A stretch of DNA of 60,922 nucleotides from Candidatus Kuenenia stuttgartensis (GTDB lineage: Bacteria; Planctomycetota; Planctomycetia; Pirellulales; UBA1268). A program made the translations under genes and the position numbers. This document shows, in pieces, positions 46,683-56,600 of the stretch; position 1 is the stretch's first letter; each line of letters begins with the position of its first letter. The DNA lies in assembly GCA_945877135.1 (NCBI GenBank), contig CAMCQY010000005.1:1-60922 (forward strand). Reading direction: 5' to 3'. A model generated the notes under the pieces. That model did not search any database, was not told the DNA's origin, and was given only the letters and a program-made list of their open reading frames with translations.

Positions 46683-48403
46683 CGCGCGACCTTCTTGGCG
46701 AGGCCTGCGGCGAGGCGGTCGAGCGTGGTGCTGCGGTCATCCAGGCCGATATGCACACGGATGATGCTCATCCCCGTCGTGTCGGCGAGTGCCCGCGTGA
46801 GCGCAACGTCGAATTCACCCTCCGTGCGCACCTCCCAGCCGGTGCCGCCGCCGAGCACCTGCGGCAGCAATTGATACTGCCAGGGATTGATGTCGTTGAA
46901 GCTCCCCTCGAGAAGGAGTCGCTCGGTGCCGTAGCCCTTGTTGTCGAGCACGATCACCGTCACCGGCAGGCCTCGCTTGACGATCGTGGAGAGCTCCATG
47001 CCCGTCATCTGGAAGGCGCCGTCGCCGACGAGCGTCACCACCTTGAGATCAGGCCGGGCCATCTGGGCGCCCAGCGCCGCCGGCACAGCGAACCCCATCG
47101 AGGTGTAGTAGGCCGGCGCGATGAACTCGGTCTGGCCGCGGATCACCAGTTCGCTCGACGCGAAGAGCGCGTCGCCCACGTCAGCGATGACGATCGTGCG
47201 GTCGTCGAGCGACTCATCGAGCCGGCGGACGAGCCGTCTGGTCGTGATCGGCGTATCGGGCTGGAGCACATACGGCCCGCGTGCCGCGGCGGGTCCTGGT
47301 GGCAACTGCCGCTGCGCACCATGTGGCTTGGCCGCGACCAGCGCTCGGATGAAATCGGCCAGCATCACGTTGTCGAAATGGTGGTGGCTGATTCGCAGCC
47401 TGTCGCTGGCGGCGAAGATGCTGTTCCCGGCATCGAGCTTGGCCGTGAAGATGCCCAGGTCGATGTCGGTGAGGATCGTGCCCAGGAGGATCACGCAGTC
47501 GCTCTCCTCCACGAACTCGGTCACGTCGCGACGGCCCATCGCGCCTTCATAGAGCCCGATGGAGAGCGGGTGCACCTCGCTGACGACGCTCTTGGCGAGC
47601 ATCGTGGCGGCAATCGGAATCCTCGACACCTCGGCCAATTGCACTGCGTCCGCCTGCAGTCCGTAGCGATGCAGTTCGATACCGGCAATGATCACGGGCT
47701 TCTTGGCAGCCCCGATCCGCGTCATCGCCTCCTTCACCGCCTCGGCGAGGGCGTCGGGATCGCTCTGCGGCTCGGCATGCACGTAGGGTCGGATCTGGTC
47801 AGGCACGACACCGACGATGTCGCGGGGCAATTCGATATAGACGGGCCGCTTCTGGCGGTGGGCCGTGTCGAGAAGAAAGTCGATGTCGCGAAAGGCGGTG
47901 GCCGGATCGTTGATCTCACGGCTGGCGGCGCAGATCTTCTCGAACACGTCGAGTTGCGTCCGCCATTCCCGCACGCGGTGATGAAGCAGCGGGTCGTTGA
48001 CCCGTTCACCGAGGCCTGGCGCACCCGAGATAAGCACCACCGGGCTCTTCTCGGCGTAGGCTCCCGCGATCGAGTTGGCCAGGCTCAGGGCTCCCACGCC
48101 ATAGGTCACGCAGACGGCCCCCATGCCGTTGACCCGTGCATACGCATCGGCGGCGAAGCCCGCGCAGTCCTCGCGGGTGCAATTGACGAGGTCGAGCGGG
48201 CTGTGCTCGAGCATGCTGTAGAAGGAGAGCACGTAGTCGCCCGGCAGGCCGAAGACGTGGCGGATGCCATAGTCGGAGAGCCGACGGATCAGATACTGAC
48301 CGATCGAGAGGCTGGTGACGCTCTCCGACCGCGCCACCGCAGGCCGCTGGTGAGACATGACCGCGAGGCCGTTATCGAGGCTCGCGCCGAGCACGATCGC
48401 CAT
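46679..48403 (-). CDS. ThDP-dependent alpha-keto acid decarboxylase (IpdC/PDC family)
   Basis: VFGLPGDY, TRE..AGFAADAYAR, LLHH, SMGFAVPA, GDGAFQMTG..N.GYGTE; GGAGG RBS. Confidence 0.92.
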   Translation of the reverse strand: MAIVLGASLDNGLAVMSHQRPAVARSESVTSLSIGQYLIRRLSDYGIRHVFGLPGDYVLSFYSMLEHSPLDLVNCTREDCAGFAADAYARVNGMGAVCVTYGVGALSLANSIAGAYAEKSPVVLISGAPGLGERVNDPLLHHRVREWRTQLDVFEKICAASREINDPATAFRDIDFLLDTAHRQKRPVYIELPRDIVGVVPDQIRPYVHAEPQSDPDALAEAVKEAMTRIGAAKKPVIIAGIELHRYGLQADAVQLAEVSRIPIAATMLAKSVVSEVHPLSIGLYEGAMGRRDVTEFVEESDCVILLGTILTDIDLGIFTAKLDAGNSIFAASDRLRISHHHFDNVMLADFIRALVAAKPHGAQRQLPPGPAAARGPYVLQPDTPITTRRLVRRLDESLDDRTIVIADVGDALFASSELVIRGQTEFIAPAYYTSMGFAVPAALGAQMARPDLKVVTLVGDGAFQMTGMELSTIVKRGLPVTVIVLDNKGYGTERLLLEGSFNDINPWQYQLLPQVLGGGTGWEVRTEGEFDVALTRALADTTGMSIIRVHIGLDDRSTTLDRLAAGLAKKVAR

Positions 48404-48406
48404 GGG

Positions 48407-48661
48407 TCACCTCCGTTGTTCGCGAGTTTCATCCCGAATATGGGCCTGCCGCTCCAACCGCCGCCTGCGGGCGGCCAGCAGCGCCAGCCAGAACCCCAGA
48501 AACGCCGCCACGCAGGCGAGCACGATCAGCGGACGCCGCGCATCGTGGTTGAGCGTCCATGCACCCACGGCGTGAAAGAGGCCCCAGACAACAATCGCCG
48601 CCATGATCCCGGCGATGATGCGTTCGGCGCCCGGCGGCGTTGGCTTTGCGGGAGTGGACAT
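48407..48661 (-). CDS. Small 2-TM membrane protein
   Basis: MSTPAKP start, two hydrophobic helices, Arg-rich tail; stop 3 nt before decarboxylase ATG. Confidence 0.65.
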   Translation of the reverse strand: MSTPAKPTPPGAERIIAGIMAAIVVWGLFHAVGAWTLNHDARRPLIVLACVAAFLGFWLALLAARRRRLERQAHIRDETREQRR

Positions 48662-48708
48662 ATCAGAGAAGGATACGCCCACGGGCCCTCGCGTCACCAG
48701 CAGGCCCC

Positions 48709-48774
48709 AAAAAAACAAAGGCCCCCGGAACGGTCCAGATCCCAGGGGGGCGGGGAAGCTGAACCGTTTCCGGG
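48709..48774 (-). terminator. Intrinsic terminator
   Basis: CCCGGAAACGGUUCAG / CUGGACCGUUCCGGG long stem followed by CUUUGUUUUUUU on - strand. Confidence 0.72.
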
Positions 48775-48891
48775 AGCGATTGGACGGAGACTTCGCGGAA
48801 TCTTGAGACCGGACTCGAAGAGACGGCTGGCATCCGTGCCGCCGCCTGACTTCGAGCGGGGCGTTGGATGTGCCCCTCAAGCCTTCAGGCT
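48709..48891 (-). ncRNA. Unclassified structured RNA (~180 nt)
   Basis: Bounded by promoter and terminator; nested stems CUUGAG/CUCAAG, GGGGC/GCCCC, CUCGAAG/CUUCGAG, GGCGGC/GCCGUC, GGCA-CGGA-UGCC. Confidence 0.55.
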
Positions 48892-48896
48892 CGGGG

Positions 48897-48925
48897 ACAT
48901 TACGGAACGGTTTTTTGTGGGTCAA
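48897..48925 (-). promoter_or_regulatory. Sigma70-type promoter
   Basis: TTGACC-N17-TAATGT on - strand. Confidence 0.65.
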
Positions 48926-49056
48926 GGGCGTTTTCACAGCGGAGAAGCCCGCTTTTCCGAGGGCTTTTTTATCCGGGCCCCGCCCGCGACTCCGGCCGCA
49001 AACCCAAACCCTGCCTCAAACGGATATGCTCGCAGCTTTCCCGACCACTGGAGACC

Positions 49057-49692
49057 ATGCGCATGGCCGACGTCATCATGACCGCTACCGCCGCCACACC
49101 GATGGCAGGAGCGGGCGCCCCGCCGACCGCTGAGGCCTGGAAGGCCGCGTTCGACATGGCTCACCCATACCCCGACTTCCTGGCCCGCCACGCGACTCCG
49201 GATCAGCGCAGTCGCTGGGATGCCTTCCATGGCCGCGTGACCCTGACAGCAGCCCAGACCAAGGTGCTGTCGAGTTTCGTCCGAAAGATGCCGGTGCTTG
49301 TGCTCGCCGGAGCGTGGTGCGGCGACTGCGTCAACCAGTGCCCGATCTTCGCCCACTTCGCATCCGCTGCCCCGTCCATCGACCTGCGGTTCCTCGACCG
49401 CGATGCCCGCCCGGACATCGCGGCGCATCTCAAGGTCTGCGGCGGACAACGCGTGCCGGTGGCGGCATTCTTCAGCGAAGACTTTTCGCCCGTCCTCTTC
49501 TACGGCGACCGAACGCTCGCAGCCTATCGGGCCGCGGCCTCTGCCCAGCTGGGCGACAGCTGCGCCAGCGGTGCGACCCCTCCGCCGGCAGATCAGATCG
49601 CCGCAGTCACCTCCGACTGGCTCGACCAGTTCGAGCGGGTGCACCTGATCCTGCGGCTCTCAGCCCGCCTGCGTCAACTCCACGGGGACTGA
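49057..49692 (+). CDS. Thioredoxin-family protein
   Basis: LVLAGAWCGDC, GG.RVP, GDRTL; GGAG before ATG 49057. Confidence 0.85.
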   Translation: MRMADVIMTATAATPMAGAGAPPTAEAWKAAFDMAHPYPDFLARHATPDQRSRWDAFHGRVTLTAAQTKVLSSFVRKMPVLVLAGAWCGDCVNQCPIFAHFASAAPSIDLRFLDRDARPDIAAHLKVCGGQRVPVAAFFSEDFSPVLFYGDRTLAAYRAAASAQLGDSCASGATPPPADQIAAVTSDWLDQFERVHLILRLSARLRQLHGD

Positions 49693-49699
49693 AAAGACG

Positions 49700-50053
49700 A
49701 TGACCAGCCGTGAGCGTTGGACGGTCTATCCGCTGCTATTCCTGGCGCTGGGGCTCGCCATGCGGGCGATCGTCGTTCCCGTGGGGGAATTCGACGCGGC
49801 CCGCGTCGGCTCCCTCGAGTCCACCCGGCTGGTCTGCAAGGAGATCGTGATTGAGAACGATGATGGCACGATCCTCGTCCACATGGGACGGGTCGTGAAG
49901 GGGGGGGGCGGTCGGATCGAGATCAAGGACAAGGATGGCGTCGACACGATCGCGGTGGGCACGCGGCCGGACGAACGCGACGGTGTCGTGGAGTTCTTCG
50001 ATGCAGCGGGAGTTTCACAGGGCCAACTGTCTGCACCGGCCGCGGAGCCCTGA
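49700..50053 (+). CDS. Membrane-anchored hypothetical protein
   Basis: RERW.VYPLLFLALG N-terminal TM, beta-rich remainder; tight operon spacing. Confidence 0.65.
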   Translation: MTSRERWTVYPLLFLALGLAMRAIVVPVGEFDAARVGSLESTRLVCKEIVIENDDGTILVHMGRVVKGGGGRIEIKDKDGVDTIAVGTRPDERDGVVEFFDAAGVSQGQLSAPAAEP

Positions 50054-50061
50054 GCGGGGAG

Positions 50062-52434
50062 ATGGGAATCATGGACGACGATCTGACAGCGACCATGCCG
50101 GACAGCCATCCGCTGGGGGCCAGCGTTCCGACCGACTGCGAGACCCTGTTTCGCGAAGAAGGCGACCATGCCTGGATGTCTTTGGGCGAGGAGCGGGTCT
50201 GCGAAGGACTCTGGGGTCTGCTGCGTCGCCGTAAGGACGAACCATCCTGTCGCGACGACGTCCGCGAGGCCCTCGCTCCAGGTCATCGGTATCTCATCGG
50301 CAGGCAGATCGGTCGTGGCGGCATGGGCGTTGTCTTCGAGGGGTGGGACGCCCAGCTGCAGCGGAGCGTGGCCATCAAACTGATGGACCGGAAACTGGAG
50401 GCGCGGCCCGTCGGCCTGCTCTGGTTTTTCCGCGAGGCGCGGCTCGCCAGCCAGCTCCGGCATCCCGGCATCGTCGCGATCCACGAATTCGACCTGACCG
50501 ACGAGGGGCAGCCGTTCATCGTGATGCAGCTGCTCACCGGCCAGACCCTCAAGCACATCCTGTCGCTCCGTCCGGATACCGCGGCCGAATTGCCGGGCCT
50601 CTTGGCCACCTTCCTGCAGGTCTGCCAGGCCGTCGCCTCCGCACACGGCGCCGGGGTCATCCACCGTGACCTCAAGCCGTCGAACATCATGGTCGGCCAG
50701 TTCGGCGTGGTTACCGTAATGGACTGGGGCATGGCTCAGGTGCTCGGGAGTGGATCGGACGATGCCGTTGCCCCGACGGAAGACGAACTGCCCCGCATCG
50801 CGGCGAAACCGGCGGGCGAAACGGAGATACACCGCACCGTCGCCGGTACGGTCTGCGGCACTCCGGCCTACCTGGCTCCCGAGCAGGCACGCGGCGAAAT
50901 CGCCCGCGTTGACAGGCGGTCTGATGTCTTCGGCCTTGGAGCGATCCTCTGCGAGATACTCTCGGGGAGCCCCCCCTTCTCAGCGGCCACTTCGGATGCC
51001 AGTTGGGCCAAGGCTGCCGCGGGGGATGTTGCTGATGCGTTCGCCAGGCTCGATGCCTGCGACGGGCCGCTCCCGCTCGTGAGCCTCGCGAAAAAGTGCC
51101 TGGCGGCCAACCCTGCCGCAAGGCCGGACGATGCCGCAGCGATCGTGGCCGGGTTGACCGACTATCTGGAGTCGGGCCAGCGGCGGGCCGAGCAGGAACT
51201 GGTGCGGTTCTTCGACCTCTCGCTTGACCTCTTCTGCATCGCGGGATTGAACGGATTCTTCCGCCAAATCAACGAGAACTTCCCACGCCTTCTCGGCTAC
51301 TCGATCGACGAACTGAAATCACGGCAGTTCATGGACTTCGTGCACCCGGACGACCGCGAAAAGACAACGAACGAGATCGCCCGGCTCGCTCGCGGCGAGT
51401 CCACGATCCAGTTTGTAAACCGCTATCGTCATGCCGACGGCAGCTACATCTGGCTGGAATGGAACGCCCACAGCGAACGCGACGAAGCGGCTATCTACGC
51501 GGTGGCGCGAGACGTAACCGACCGGGTGACCGCGGCCGAGACCCATCGCCGGCTGCAGACATCGCTCGAGAAGAGCCGGCAGGAATTGGTTGACTTCACA
51601 GAGAACGCCAACGTGGCGCTCCACTGGGTCGATGCCGACGGCCGGATCGTCTGGGCCAATCAGGCCGAACTCGACTTCCTCGGCTACACACGTGACGAGT
51701 ATCTCGGCTCATCGATCGCCCGCTACCATGCCGACACCGACACGATCGCAGACATTCTCGCCCGGCTCGATCGCCGCGAGTGCCTTGTCGGACGGGAAGC
51801 TCGCCTCGTGGCAAAGGACGGTTCGATCAAGCACGTCGCGATCTATTCGAGCGCCTCCGTCGAGGACGGCCGATTCGACCACAGCCGCTGCTTCACGATC
51901 GACATCTCACATCAAAAAAAGATCGAGGCGCTCGCCCAGGAGCGGGCCACGCTGGCGGCGTTCACGGCCGCGGCGGGCCTGTTTCTCACTGCCGGTGGCG
52001 GCCTGCGCAAAAGGCTCGAGGACGTGGCCGCCGAGGCGGTGGCCCATCTCGACCTGACAGCCGTGGAAGTCTGGGGCCGGAGTCAACATGACGACGGTCT
52101 TGTGCTGCTGGCCCGCGCCGGCGTGTCGATCGCCCCTGCCGAGGAATCGCTCGGTATCGCGATCGGTCAGGGGCCGATTGGCCTGATCGCCCAGACCCAG
52201 CAGCCACGGCACCTGCTTGGCTCGCACGCTGACTGGCAGGAGTTCGACACCGCATGCCTGGCGAAGCACGGAATCCGATCGTTCGTCGGCTATCCGCTGC
52301 TGGTGGCCGATCAGTTGGTGGGCGTCTTGGCGGTGTACGCCGCCAGTCCCGTGTCAGACGTGCTGATCACGGCGCTAAGTTCCGTGGTGGCCAGCATGGC
52401 CCTGGCAATTCGACTCGAGGGACAGCCAACATGA
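50062..52434 (+). CDS. Ser/Thr protein kinase-PAS-PAS-GAF protein
   Basis: IGRGGMGVV, VAIK, HRDLKPSN, DWG, GTPAYLAPE, SDVFGLG; FFDLSLDL..VHPDD..DGSY.W PAS; second PAS; GYPL....LVGVL GAF. Confidence 0.9.
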   Translation: MGIMDDDLTATMPDSHPLGASVPTDCETLFREEGDHAWMSLGEERVCEGLWGLLRRRKDEPSCRDDVREALAPGHRYLIGRQIGRGGMGVVFEGWDAQLQRSVAIKLMDRKLEARPVGLLWFFREARLASQLRHPGIVAIHEFDLTDEGQPFIVMQLLTGQTLKHILSLRPDTAAELPGLLATFLQVCQAVASAHGAGVIHRDLKPSNIMVGQFGVVTVMDWGMAQVLGSGSDDAVAPTEDELPRIAAKPAGETEIHRTVAGTVCGTPAYLAPEQARGEIARVDRRSDVFGLGAILCEILSGSPPFSAATSDASWAKAAAGDVADAFARLDACDGPLPLVSLAKKCLAANPAARPDDAAAIVAGLTDYLESGQRRAEQELVRFFDLSLDLFCIAGLNGFFRQINENFPRLLGYSIDELKSRQFMDFVHPDDREKTTNEIARLARGESTIQFVNRYRHADGSYIWLEWNAHSERDEAAIYAVARDVTDRVTAAETHRRLQTSLEKSRQELVDFTENANVALHWVDADGRIVWANQAELDFLGYTRDEYLGSSIARYHADTDTIADILARLDRRECLVGREARLVAKDGSIKHVAIYSSASVEDGRFDHSRCFTIDISHQKKIEALAQERATLAAFTAAAGLFLTAGGGLRKRLEDVAAEAVAHLDLTAVEVWGRSQHDDGLVLLARAGVSIAPAEESLGIAIGQGPIGLIAQTQQPRHLLGSHADWQEFDTACLAKHGIRSFVGYPLLVADQLVGVLAVYAASPVSDVLITALSSVVASMALAIRLEGQPT

Positions 52435-52435
52435 T

Positions 52436-52611
52436 TACGCCCGGCAGGACTCGAACCTGCAGGCTGCTTTCTGGCGTCGCGATCCCTTCGGGCCTCGCTC
52501 CGCCACTGGAACGCCAGCTGAAGTACGCCCGGCAGGACTCGAACCTGCAGGCTGCTTTCCGGCGTCGCGATCCCTTCGGGCCTCGCTCCGCCACTTGAAC
52601 GCCAACTGAAG

Positions 52612-52637
<26 letters not shown>
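52436..52637 (-). repeat. 88-bp tandem repeat containing tRNA 3' end (2 full units plus tRNA copy)
   Basis: TACGCCCGGCAGGACTYGAACCTGCA at 52436, 52524 and 52612; near-identical 62-nt spacers. Confidence 0.92.
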
Positions 52638-52685
<48 letters not shown>

Positions 52686-52694
52686 GTGGATTTG

Positions 52695-52703
52695 AGTATA
52701 GCA
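52695..52703 (-). promoter_or_regulatory. Extended -10 promoter of tRNA-Arg
   Basis: TGcTATACT 9 nt upstream of mature tRNA 5' end. Confidence 0.55.
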
Positions 52704-52863
52704 GCCGAACCGCTACCAAGCCGCCAGGCAGCCCCCCATTTCTGTGGGAGGCGACCATGTTTTTCCGCTGGATTCCGGCCGACACGCCGCAGTCGGGCTT
52801 TGGCCCGGTTTGTGTGGCAAACTTACAGGAGAGTTGCTTCAGGTCCCTCGACGGATTCCGCCC

Positions 52864-53532
52864 ATGGCTCACATCACGCTCCGCGTCTTGCACGGCGCCG
52901 ACCGAGGGCGAGTGTTCAGCCAGATCCCCACGCCGGTGACCATCGGCCGCGAGGAGGGAAATACGATCCAACTCAATGACGAGCGGATCAGCCGCTACCA
53001 CCTGAAACTCCAGGACGACAAGGACAAGATTGTCCTCACCGACCTGGAGAGCACCAACGGCACCAAGGTCAACGGCGAGGACATCCAGGTACGGATCGTG
53101 CGCGACGGCGACATGATCTCGGTGGGCCGCTCGCTGCTGCTGGTCGGCTCGCACAGCGACATCGATCGCCGCATCTCTGAACTCGCTGCCAAGCTCCCCT
53201 CCGCGCAGGAGAGCCACGCCAGACAGATGCGCGAACGGATGGATCGGATCGCGAGCCACAAGTCAGACGTCATCGAGGACGTCAGCCATGTGCGGTCGCC
53301 CCTGCTGCCCGGGGGGCCACCGCCATTGCCTGAGCGACTCGGCCCCGCGCAGACGGCCGAACTGGCGGAACTGCTCGACTACGTGCAGGGAGTGCTCCGC
53401 GAGGCCACCGAAGGAGCAGTCATGCGGCCGGGAAACGAAACGGTCGAACTCGACTTCGCCCACTGGCAGGTGATGCTCGAACTCCAGGCCAGGCTCGCCG
53501 AACTGCTCAGAGGCATCTCCGAGCCGTCGTAA
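52864..53532 (+). CDS. FHA domain protein
   Basis: TIGR, ISRYH, DLESTNGTKVNG, DGD.I.VG. Confidence 0.9.
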   Translation: MAHITLRVLHGADRGRVFSQIPTPVTIGREEGNTIQLNDERISRYHLKLQDDKDKIVLTDLESTNGTKVNGEDIQVRIVRDGDMISVGRSLLLVGSHSDIDRRISELAAKLPSAQESHARQMRERMDRIASHKSDVIEDVSHVRSPLLPGGPPPLPERLGPAQTAELAELLDYVQGVLREATEGAVMRPGNETVELDFAHWQVMLELQARLAELLRGISEPS

Positions 53533-53601
53533 CGAAAATCGAGCCCCATCCGGTACAATGCCGCATCCCCTCGAGCGATGCCCATTGGAGCGAGCACACG
53601 G

Positions 53602-56600
53602 ATGAGCACGCAGTCTTTCGTCCATCTCCACTGCCACAGCCACTACAGCCTGCTCGACGGGGCCAGCACGATCGACCGGCTCGTCGACCGTGCCGTCGAA
53701 CTCGGGATGAACTCCCTGGCGATCACCGACCATGGCAATCTCCACGGTGCACTCGAGTTCTATCAGACTGCCAAGGCCGCCACGCTCAACCCGATCATCG
53801 GCTACGAGGCCTACATCGCCCCGGGCAGTCGGTTCCAGAAGGACGCCGGCAGCCAAAAAGACGCCAGCTACCACCTCACACTCCTGGCCCGCGACCGGAC
53901 CGGTTTCAACAACCTCCTCCAACTGGCCACGAAGGCCTACCTCGAGGGCTTCTATTTCAAGCCGCGGATCGATCGGGACCTGCTGGATCAATACGGCGAG
54001 GGAATCATCGTCCTCTCCGGCTGCCTGTCGAGCGAGTTCAACCGGGCGCTGATCGGCAGCTCCCGCGAGCAGCGGGAGTCGCTCGCCCAGGCCCGTGAGG
54101 TCGCCAGCTGGTTTCAGAAGCGGTTTGGCGACAGGTATTTCATCGAGATTCAGGACAACGGCCTCGAGGTGCAGCGGCAGGTGACCGACGCGGCCCTGGA
54201 ACTCTCCCGCGAACTCGGCATCCCGCCCGTGGCCACCTGCGACTGCCACTACGTGAACCGCGAGGACGCCGAGGCGCAGGACATCCTGCTCTGCGTGAAT
54301 ACGGGCCGATTCCGCAGCGATGCCTCGCGGATGCGGATGGACTCGAGCGAGTTCTATCTCAAGAGTCCGACCGAGATGCACGCGGCCTTCGCCGACCTTG
54401 ATCGCGACTTCGTCGCGGCGGCCGTGAACCGCAGCCAGGAGATCGCCAACTCGGTGTCGATCGAGCTCGACCTCGGCAAGCGGCACTTCCCCGGCTTCGA
54501 CGTGCCCAGTGGCCTGACCGCGGCCGATGAACTCCGTCGCCTCTGCCTCGAAGGCCTTCGCGAACGCTACCGCAACGTGCCGAAACGCTGGGCGGAAGAG
54601 ACGGCGGACGGTGGCGGACGCGTGCTGCATCCCCAGGTGATGGAGCGGCTGGAACGAGAGCTGGGCGTCATCAACACGCTCGGCTTCGCGAGCTACTTCC
54701 TGATCGTCTGGGACTTCGTCCGCTACGCCCGCGAGGTTGACATCCCGGCCGCGGCGAGAGGATCGGGCGTCGGGGCGCTCGTGGCCTATTCGCTCTACCT
54801 GTCGCACGTCTGCCCGCTCGAATACGACCTCCTCTTCGAGCGGTTCCTCGACATCAACCGTCGGGAGGCGCCCGATATCGATATCGACTTCTGCAAGGAA
54901 CGCCGCGGCGAAGTCATCGACTACGTCAAGCGAAAATATGGCGAGGCCAACGTCGCCCAGATCGGCACGTTCGGCACGCTGGCGGCCCGTGCGGCCATCC
55001 GCGACGTGGGCCGCGCCCTGGGGCTTGCGATTCCCCGCGTTGACCAGATCGTGGCCCTCGTGCCCGACCAGCTCAATATCTCGCTGGAGGAGGCGGCCGC
55101 GCCAGGATCTCAGTTGGCGGCCGCCTGCGAGGCCGACAGTGAGGTGCGGGAACTTGTCGATCTGGCCCAGCGGATCGAGGGGCTCGCCCGCAACGTGGGC
55201 ACACACGCCGCGGCTGTCGTCATCGCCGACCGGCCGCTCGTGGAATACGTGCCGTTGCAGCGGGTGACCGGCAAGGAGGAAGTGATCACGCAGTGGGCGA
55301 TGGGCGACGTCGAGCGGGCCGGGCTGATGAAGATGGACTTCCTCGGCTTGCGCTACCTGACGGTCGTCTCGAAGACGCTCGGCATCATCTCCGCGACGCG
55401 GGGCTCCCGGCCCGACCCGCTTGCCTTCCCGCTCGACGATCAGCCGACCTTCGACACACTCTGCCGCGGTGAGACGAAGGGCATCTTCCAGCTGGAGAGC
55501 GGCGGTATCCGCGACCTGCTGCAGCGGATGAAGCCCGACCAGTTCCTCGACATCGTCGCCGTCAACGCCCTCTATCGACCGGGGCCGCTCGAGGGCGGCA
55601 TGGTCGACGACTACGTCGCCGTGAAGCACCGGCGGAAGCGGGCCGAGTATCTCCACCCCGTCATGAAGGACGTGCTGGAAGAGACCCATGGCGTGATGGT
55701 TTACCAGGAACAGGTGATGCGGATCCTGGAGCGGCTCGGCGGCATCGAGCTCTCGAGCGCGTATACCTGCATCAAGGCCATCAGCAAGAAGAAGCTCGAG
55801 ACGATCGCCGCCTTCCGCGAGCAGTTCGTCGATGGGGCGAAGGCCAAGGGTCTTTCCAAGAACGAAGCGGAGGAGCTCTTCGGACTGATCGAGAAGTTCG
55901 CGGGCTACGGCTTCAACAAGAGCCATTCCACCGCCTACGCCCTCCTCGCCTGGCAGACCGCTTACCTAAAGACCCATTTTCCGGTCGAGTTCATGGCGGC
56001 ACTCCTTTCCGGCGACATCACCGGCCGCAACTTCAAGAAGAAGGACGCCCTCGTCGAGCACATCGAAGACTGCCGCCGCATGGGCATCGACGTGATGCCA
56101 CCGGATGTCAACGCGTCGGGGGCCGACTTCACGGTGGCCGACGGCAAGATCCTGTTCGGTCTCGCGGCCATCAAGGGCTGCGGCGGACAGGCGTCGGAGG
56201 CTATCAATGCCGAATTCAAACGCAACGGCCGGTTCCGCGATCTCTACGATTTCTGCAGCCGCGTTGACCCGTCGCTGGTCAACAAGACGGCCGTCGAAAG
56301 CCTCGCCAAGGCGGGTGCGCTCGATTCACTCGGCGGCCACCGCGGAGCGATCATGGCGGGGATCGAGCGGGCGCTGGCCGCCGGTGCCTCACGGCTGGCC
56401 GACCGCAAGAGCGGTCAGAAAAACCTCTTCGATGCCCTCGACGATGCGCCGCAGGCCGCCGCGGCCCCGCCTCCATCGACACTCCCTGACGTGGCGCTGC
56501 TCACCGACCTGGAAATGCGGTCGGCCGAGAAGGAGGTGCTCGGCTATTACGTGCACAGTCATCCGCTCGCCGAATACAGTAACGTGCTCTCGGCCGTCTG

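Noticed and set aside
48903-48912. Antiterminator formed by AACCGTTCCG pairing with the terminator 5' arm
   Set aside because: That segment lies in the -35/-10 spacer of the predicted promoter and would not be transcribed
48709-48925. TPP riboswitch upstream of the ThDP-dependent decarboxylase
   Set aside because: No CUGAGA or CCUGA..UAAU..GCGNAGG core on the - strand
46652-49081. 809-aa + strand ORF
   Set aside because: Antisense shadow of the decarboxylase gene in high-GC DNA; no motifs
53263-55926. 887-aa - strand ORF
   Set aside because: Antisense shadow of dnaE
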